A DNA stretch of 32,000 bases from Methylophaga frappieri (GTDB taxonomy: Bacteria; Pseudomonadota; Gammaproteobacteria; Nitrosococcales; Methylophagaceae). The DNA lies in NCBI RefSeq assembly GCF_000260965.1, contig NC_017856.1:2580001-2612000 (forward strand), read 5' to 3'. Both the position numbers and the translations under genes were made by a program. Every line of letters begins with the position of its first letter. Position 1 is the stretch's first letter. Shown here piece after piece: positions 27,095 to 32,000 of this stretch. The notes below the pieces were generated by a model, which was not told the DNA's origin, searched no databases, and saw only the letters and a program-made list of their open reading frames with translations.

Positions 27095-27298
27095 TCAATT
27101 TGGCTCTTTCGATTGTTCTTCCTTGTTAGAATCCGTTGTATCTTCAATTTCCTCTAACTCCGTCTTCATGGCGGATTCTGCTTCATTTTGATCTTCAATA
27201 GCTTGTTGTAAGGCATCATCCATGTCTGTTGTTCCTGGCTCATTAGCCATTAAACCCAGTGAGACAAGTGCCAGAGATAGTGTAAGTAAAAATTTCAT
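27095..27298 (-). CDS. Small secreted acidic protein (67 aa)
   Basis: An AAGGA SD lies 8 nt upstream. Signal peptide MKFLLTLSLALVSLGLMA/NE. The mature peptide is strongly acidic. Confidence 0.55.
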   Translation of the reverse strand: MKFLLTLSLALVSLGLMANEPGTTDMDDALQQAIEDQNEAESAMKTELEEIEDTTDSNKEEQSKEPN

Positions 27299-27427
27299 AC
27301 TATATTCCTTCTATCTACTGAAAAAATAGTAGGTTTCAGGTTTTCTTTAAAGCATTAGTCACGCTTAAATTTCCATTTTCCAAAAATAGTATTCCCTTCT
27401 TTAAAACTCTCACAAGGTTACATTTAG

Positions 27428-27446
27428 ATGTAACGGTTTCTAACTT
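27428..27446 (+). promoter_or_regulatory. Cluster motif copy C (aTGTAACgGTTtCTAACTT), upstream of the lipoprotein operon starting at 27609
   Basis: 16 of 19 positions match the exact 19-mer. A GTTAC pentamer at 27417-27421 starts 13 nt upstream of the GTAAC. Confidence 0.5.
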
Positions 27447-27608
27447 CACGTCATACGTCTCTTTCAACATGATTTAGTCATCCACCTTGACTCGCGATTA
27501 GTGAGCGAGAATTTGAGGGCTGCGAGGAGAAATGATGTGACTACACATGAGCAACAAGAGCATTCAGACTCAAATACCGTAAGGTCCTCAGTGGTTGACG
27601 GTTTGACG

Positions 27609-28115
27609 ATGCTAAACCTAGCAAAGACCCTGGCCTTGTTAATGAATGTATTCATGCTTTTGGGATGCGACAGCGCCGAGACTGTTGAAATCAGGCCACT
27701 AGAGAGCAACTTGGGATGGCTAGTTGGAACTGGCAACGATAAAGGCGTTTTCGACAACCGCGTGTATTCGGATGATTGCTCGTCATTTGAGACTGGCTTC
27801 TGTTATCAGAAGCTCAAAGAAATTATCTACACGGCGGAGAATATTGATCTCGACCAGTTGTGGTTTGAGCAGTTGAAGAAAAAACGCTATTACAACGAGA
27901 TCAAACGGGTCACGATCCACGCGGATACGGTTAATATCAGACACAACATCGCGCTCCCTTCTCGTGATATTGAGATTTTTGCCGAGAACATTCATATCTT
28001 TGATGGAGCGCAGCTCAATACAACGCCTCTCCATGCCACAACACATACGCTCGTTAGCGCTTACGAGCCGATTGTGACTTACTCCTTGGCATACCGAAAA
28101 GCTGTTATGAAGTGA
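27609..28115 (+). CDS. Lipoprotein, segment 1 of a possibly single frameshifted gene (repeat-bearing, perhaps beta-helix-like)
   Basis: Lipobox FMLLGC when started at MLNLAKTLALL. The 36 codons upstream in the ORF track (from a GTG at 27501) look non-coding. Contains repeats of the type VTIHADTVNI / IEIFAENIHIF. Confidence 0.55.
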   Translation: MLNLAKTLALLMNVFMLLGCDSAETVEIRPLESNLGWLVGTGNDKGVFDNRVYSDDCSSFETGFCYQKLKEIIYTAENIDLDQLWFEQLKKKRYYNEIKRVTIHADTVNIRHNIALPSRDIEIFAENIHIFDGAQLNTTPLHATTHTLVSAYEPIVTYSLAYRKAVMK

Positions 28116-28921
28116 GGCATAGCCCGTCTGAGTGTGAATACACCATCGGAGAACGGGGTGAGAATGGTGGAAACATCACGCTTTCAGCCAACACATTAAA
28201 AGTTATCTCATGGCAAAATGATGATGCCAAGGCGCTGGAGGCCAATGGTGGTAGGGCCTATTCCGGTTATTCAGGGGTGTTCCCCATCAACAGTAGCATC
28301 AGAGGTCTTTCAAAAAAAACACTCAACAGCTTTCATCATGATCTTCTTGATGAACGAAGTGCATTCGATGCGTTGAATACGTTTTGTGAGATTGACTATG
28401 GAGAGGCAGCCCCAACTTATGCGCCGTATTCAAGGATGGCTAAACTCCGAGACGTTATCCAGATTACGCCCCACAATTTCAAGAAAACTGAACCACATTA
28501 CCAGAAAGTGGTGAGCAACGACGCCGAGCTGGTTCAGGCGCGTTACAACATCGGCGCCATCAACCTCCAGGAGGGGAATAGCATTACGCCTTTGCTTTAC
28601 GCCGAGGAACTGCAAAAAACAATTAACGATGCCGGCGTACCATCCTATCGTCTAACCCCAGGGTCAATCCGAGCCCCTATCTTTCCATCCAGTAACACAG
28701 ATATCGCCGATAAAGGTGATGGCGGGACTATCCATTTAAAAATCGACACATTCTATGTTGAAGGCGTTCAAGTCAGTGCTGCGGAGTGGATTAAAGGTCA
28801 CACATCAACGCTCCCTGGTGGCCAAACATCACCTCAGATTCTGGCAGTGTTTGATGCCCTATCAGAGCAGAAACTCCAGCAGAAAAGGTGCTTGCAATGG
28901 ATGCGTATCGTGAAGCACTAA
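28112..28921 (+). CDS. Segment 2 (frame -1 relative to segment 1), hypothetical
   Basis: A GTG start overlaps the previous stop (GTGA). Contains GENGGNITLSANTLKVI and GDGGTIHLKIDTFYVEG, the same alternating pattern as segment 1. Confidence 0.5.
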   Translation: MRHSPSECEYTIGERGENGGNITLSANTLKVISWQNDDAKALEANGGRAYSGYSGVFPINSSIRGLSKKTLNSFHHDLLDERSAFDALNTFCEIDYGEAAPTYAPYSRMAKLRDVIQITPHNFKKTEPHYQKVVSNDAELVQARYNIGAINLQEGNSITPLLYAEELQKTINDAGVPSYRLTPGSIRAPIFPSSNTDIADKGDGGTIHLKIDTFYVEGVQVSAAEWIKGHTSTLPGGQTSPQILAVFDALSEQKLQQKRCLQWMRIVKH

Positions 28922-29169
28922 AAACATTCAACCCGGACGTGCCGGTCTTGTACAGCGTCACGCTCAAAAAGCATCTAGATGGCAGGATCTCATGCCGCAC
29001 CCAAGTTATCGAGGAAACCCTCATTAAAGACGAAGTGCGTTTTGATGTCAGATACGCCAATACCGGTGCACCCAATTTTCTGGATCGAACAAGCTATGCA
29101 GGCAAGCACGGACATGTGGAGCACGAATTTAACTCCATAATGGGATGGGTCCGAGCTGCTTTGAGGTAG
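28897..29169 (+). CDS. Segment 3 (frame -1 relative to segment 2), hypothetical
   Basis: The ATG at 28897 is preceded by AAGG, and the GTG at 28888 in the ORF track is also possible. It overlaps the end of segment 2 by 25-34 nt. Confidence 0.45.
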   Translation: MDAYREALKTFNPDVPVLYSVTLKKHLDGRISCRTQVIEETLIKDEVRFDVRYANTGAPNFLDRTSYAGKHGHVEHEFNSIMGWVRAALR

Positions 29170-29243
29170 TTGTGCTGGGAGCGGTTTTAAGAATCAATTC
29201 AGCGGCCCCTTGGCAGATGCTAACAACAATGTGAGATAGTCAA

Positions 29244-30539
29244 ATGAGAATATACTGGCTTATATTGCAAAACACTGTGACGGTTTTAGGGCTGCTTATA
29301 GCCACAGGGTGTGCCTCGATCACTGAAACGGTAAGCTCAACGATTGATTATGTCACCCCCGATCCAGGTCTGGTAGAAGTCGATTATGTCGCCCATTTTG
29401 GCGAAAAGGACGGTATAGAGCTTGAAGTTTTTGACCATCGTTTTTTTGTCCCAGAGAGAGCGTTATCGCTGCCGGCGCTGTTTACGCTTACCACTGACGA
29501 TGATTATGAAGAAGCCTCACTCCGGCTCCTGAGGGATAAGGCGTTTAACCAGTCATATAAAGATATAGAAAAACTGGCCTCGGCTGCGAAGTTCACACCT
29601 TACCTTGAAGCCAAGCTATTTGCTGCCTGGGCAAACAAGTTGTCAATCAGCAAATCGGTATCCAACCTTGTCTTGTTCACTGCGATGAAGAAAAAAGGTT
29701 ACAGAACACTTTTGGTCTCATCACTTTCTCAACAAGAGGTGATGATTGCGACACATAGAAGACTCCTCTTATCAACCTATTTCCTTACAGATGACAACAC
29801 TGGAGAGCCGTATGGTCACGCGTATCCGATCTTGGCCAAATACCCGGCCAAATTTGACACCAGCAACAGCCGGGTCGTGATTAAAACCCAGAACATGAAG
29901 CCCTTAGACATCTTTGCCGGTCTGGACACCTTCACTAATCACAAGCGTTATGAAAAAGTCAGGACCAGGCAGGTATCTTTTTTCTACAAAGGTAAGCGCT
30001 TGCGTATAGATCTGGACTACTCTGTGCCTGTCTCCCAATACCATTACCGCCTTCCCCCTATAGACTACGAACAAAGTGGTGACTACATCACCAAATACAC
30101 GGTGTTTGATGCCTTTACTGGAAAATCAATGAGGGCAGCGGTGGCAGAATATGTCGATGACCCAAATAACAAATTAGAAGTCGCGCGCTTTTTGCTAGCA
30201 ATGACGCAGTATGGCTTTGAATACAAAACGGATGATGAATACTACGGACATAGTCACCCCGTGTTTGCGAAAGCCATGCTGTTGCCCAGGACAGAGGCCT
30301 CTGATTGTGAAGACAAAACCTTTTTCTTTAACGCATCAGCAAGGCTGTTCGGTATTGAGACTGCTATTGCTCTGGTGCCTGGGCATATGTTTTCACTCAT
30401 AGCGCTACCTCCACCCAGTAATGAAAGTCATTTTTTTCAAGGTCGATGGCTCGCGGCGGAGGCCACTGGGAGAGGCCATTCTCTTGGAGAGGTGTATTCC
30501 TATCTCGAGGGAATAACTCCAGAGATATTTTTAGAGTAA
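29244..30539 (+). CDS. Lipoprotein with a C-terminal transglutaminase-like (papain-fold) core
   Basis: Lipobox LLIATGC. The C-terminal part reads SDCEDKTFFFNASARLFGIETAIALVPGHMFSLI...GRWLAAEATG. This fits the transglutaminase-core pattern C....(F)...(L)(R)..GI.(A)..V.GH........W...D with Glu in the Asp position. Confidence 0.6.
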   Translation: MRIYWLILQNTVTVLGLLIATGCASITETVSSTIDYVTPDPGLVEVDYVAHFGEKDGIELEVFDHRFFVPERALSLPALFTLTTDDDYEEASLRLLRDKAFNQSYKDIEKLASAAKFTPYLEAKLFAAWANKLSISKSVSNLVLFTAMKKKGYRTLLVSSLSQQEVMIATHRRLLLSTYFLTDDNTGEPYGHAYPILAKYPAKFDTSNSRVVIKTQNMKPLDIFAGLDTFTNHKRYEKVRTRQVSFFYKGKRLRIDLDYSVPVSQYHYRLPPIDYEQSGDYITKYTVFDAFTGKSMRAAVAEYVDDPNNKLEVARFLLAMTQYGFEYKTDDEYYGHSHPVFAKAMLLPRTEASDCEDKTFFFNASARLFGIETAIALVPGHMFSLIALPPPSNESHFFQGRWLAAEATGRGHSLGEVYSYLEGITPEIFLE

Positions 30540-30624
30540 CAATTTGAAATATTTCCATCAGATCAGTCATGCTCTAAAGCTTATAAGCCCTGAGGCCTTG
30601 CAATCTAACAGGTGTTACTTCCTG

Positions 30625-30643
30625 GTGTAACTGTTACTAACTT
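30625..30643 (+). promoter_or_regulatory. Cluster motif copy D (GTGTAACTGTTACTAACTT), upstream of the gene at 30699
   Basis: Exact 19-mer, identical to copy A. A GTTAC pentamer at 30614-30618 starts 13 nt upstream of the GTAAC. The ORF-track 'start' at 30612 reads through this motif and is unlikely to be real. Confidence 0.6.
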
Positions 30644-30698
30644 CTATAGACATGGAACATCGAGCAAGCTAGAACTAAAACCAGATGAAGAGGTAACC

Positions 30699-31382
30699 AT
30701 GAAAAACGTTATTTCGAAACCGTTGGCCACTGTAATGCTTTCGTTCTTATCACAGACTTCTAGTGCTGAAATTCTTGACTATTACGAGTGCCATCAAATC
30801 TCCAGTTATTATCATGAGACCCTGCCAGGACTCATGGCTGATGTTCACCAAGCATACGAAAACTATTCTGGAACAGCTTACTCCTCTTATCTGGAGCACT
30901 ATCAATATTTCAGTGATCGTAAAGAAAAACTAATAGATGAACTAGAAGATGGCGGAGCAAGTGACTGGATGCTTTATAGACATCATGCCGCTCAGTACAT
31001 TCAACAAGCGTCAATGGCCTCACTGTCAGCGCTGAGTATTACAAGCCCGATTTACGGTCCTTTTGTGTCGATAGTGGGTATGTCTCAGTCATTAATGGCT
31101 GAGGATCTTGAAGGCATATTTCTCAATTCTCTGGGTATTACTGGCGTCAATGTCATTGCAGGATTAACAACGGCACGTGAAATGGTTACTTCTGCCGCCT
31201 CGATGCAAGAGTTTGAGAGTAAGCATGGTGACTTGCGGCAATTTCTACTGGATCGCTTTGAAGCGGTTGAATATCAACTTCAGCGAGCAGAAAGCGCCAT
31301 GGACGCCCATGAGAGAGTGACTGAGGTTCACCTTCTTCAACAGACACTTTCAGCCTATTTGGTCAACTACTGCGCTAATTAG
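30699..31382 (+). CDS. Secreted helical hypothetical protein
   Basis: A GAAGAGG SD lies upstream of the ATG at 30699. Signal peptide MKNVISKPLATVMLSFLSQTSSA/EI. The sequence is helix-rich with a central hydrophobic stretch. No family recognised. Confidence 0.65.
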   Translation: MKNVISKPLATVMLSFLSQTSSAEILDYYECHQISSYYHETLPGLMADVHQAYENYSGTAYSSYLEHYQYFSDRKEKLIDELEDGGASDWMLYRHHAAQYIQQASMASLSALSITSPIYGPFVSIVGMSQSLMAEDLEGIFLNSLGITGVNVIAGLTTAREMVTSAASMQEFESKHGDLRQFLLDRFEAVEYQLQRAESAMDAHERVTEVHLLQQTLSAYLVNYCAN

Positions 31383-31537
31383 GGGCCAAGCCCATGTCTT
31401 CTTTTATCAGACCAATCGGATACAGACTCGTCAATCAATCTGACAGAAATGGGCCTGAGGTGGTGCTGGCTACTCGTATTTTAGAAAGCTGGCTTTTAAA
31501 GCCTCTTGTAGCTAAACATTTAATAAGGAACTCAGCT

Positions 31538-32000
31538 ATGAGCAGTGTAAGTAAATATCTTTTAATACTGTCCCTCATCCTTTTGGCTTTGGGTTCGCGA
31601 ACCGTATTTGCTGCCAGTGTTGTGGGCGTTAGCAGTTCTTATGACTTCAAGTTCAATGCACGCGTCAGTCTCGGTCATGATATTGACGTTCCTGTTTACA
31701 TGGATGAGACCAGTAAGGTCGATGATCATAAGATTTTCAAAATATTTGTTATCCCGCCTGTGCTGATTGACTGGGATGGGTTCCAAGCCAAATATGAAAG
31801 ACTCTGTCCCGCGAGCGAACAGGAAAAAAAAGTCGATTTTAAATATCCTTATTCGTTAATCAGCAAAACGCTGATTCAGCAAGTCAATGAACAGTCTAAC
31901 GCGTGGCTAAGTGACTTGTTCGAAAATGCCAACGCCGTCTACCCAGGGCACACCCATCAGAATATCTCTAACATTCCGTACTATCAGTACACGCTTTATG
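31538..32000 (+). CDS. Secreted hypothetical protein, 3'-truncated by the window edge (absent from the ORF track)
   Basis: The frame is open from 31394 to the window end. The ATG at 31538 has an AAGGA SD and starts the canonical signal peptide MSSVSKYLLILSLILLALGSRTVFA/AS. An alternative start at 31394 lies 12 nt after the previous stop. Confidence 0.6.
   Translation, partial: MSSVSKYLLILSLILLALGSRTVFAASVVGVSSSYDFKFNARVSLGHDIDVPVYMDETSKVDDHKIFKIFVIPPVLIDWDGFQAKYERLCPASEQEKKVDFKYPYSLISKTLIQQVNEQSNAWLSDLFENANAVYPGHTHQNISNIPYYQYTLY

Noticed and set aside
27464-27757. The minus-strand 97-aa ORF, and the 36-codon N-terminal extension (from a GTG at 27501) of the lipoprotein ORF
   Set aside because: The lipoprotein reading from the ATG at 27609 gives a canonical signal peptide and lipobox. 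The extension and the antisense ORF are hydrophilic, low-information sequence lying in what is more likely the 5' UTR downstream of motif copy C.
28090-28895. Programmed -1 ribosomal frameshifting as the explanation for the staggered ORFs
   Set aside because: Junction 1 (cgA-AAA-Gct) could allow single-tRNA slippage. Junction 2 (caG-AAA-Agg) would not re-pair in the -1 frame. Neither junction is a canonical X-XXY-YYZ heptamer, and I saw no obvious downstream stimulatory structure. An indel, an assembly error or separate genes are more parsimonious.
30612-30698. The ORF-track start at 30612 for the 30612..31382 protein
   Set aside because: That start would translate through the conserved 19-bp motif. 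The ATG at 30699 has an SD and begins a signal peptide.
31562-31786. Minus-strand 74-aa ORF
   Set aside because: It lies antisense within a longer + strand frame that is open from 31394 to the window end and carries a good SD and a canonical signal peptide.

Overview
The window reads as a gammaproteobacterial chromosome segment in two parts. All family calls come from motif recognition by eye; no database search was run.

**Part 1 (1-17.5 kb), largely recognisable genes:**
- The 3' 6.9 kb of a giant RTX/cadherin-like exoprotein gene, which is open from nt 1.
- A MASE1-GGDEF diguanylate cyclase, a dienelactone hydrolase and a VOC/glyoxalase protein.
- The zinc-independent ribosomal paralogue pair ykgM-ykgO. 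ykgO is 47 aa and absent from the supplied ORF track.
- A YdhP-like MFS transporter, a NERD/zinc-finger protein, a lytic transglycosylase, a DUF3144 protein and a cupin.
- A decayed REP-associated tyrosine transposase (RayT) flanked by REP/REPIN elements.

**Part 2 (17.6 kb to the window end), an accessory-looking cluster made almost entirely of signal-peptide or lipobox proteins that I cannot name:**
- Two paralogous lipoprotein trypsin-fold serine proteases with helical N-terminal regions.
- A transglutaminase-fold lipoprotein.
- A repeat-bearing lipoprotein split over three ORFs, each shifted -1 from the one before.
- Several orphan secreted proteins, one cytoplasmic Cys-rich protein and an SDR oxidoreductase.
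- A soluble wHTH-TPR regulator.

**Main finding:** a conserved ~19-bp motif (GTGTAACTGTTACTAACTT and close variants) sits upstream of, and co-oriented with, each of the four transcription units of this cluster. I did not see it upstream of any gene start elsewhere in the window. This points to a dedicated regulon, and it is my candidate for an undescribed envelope-directed proteolytic or remodelling system.

No rRNA, tRNA, CRISPR array, integrase or intact IS element was seen.
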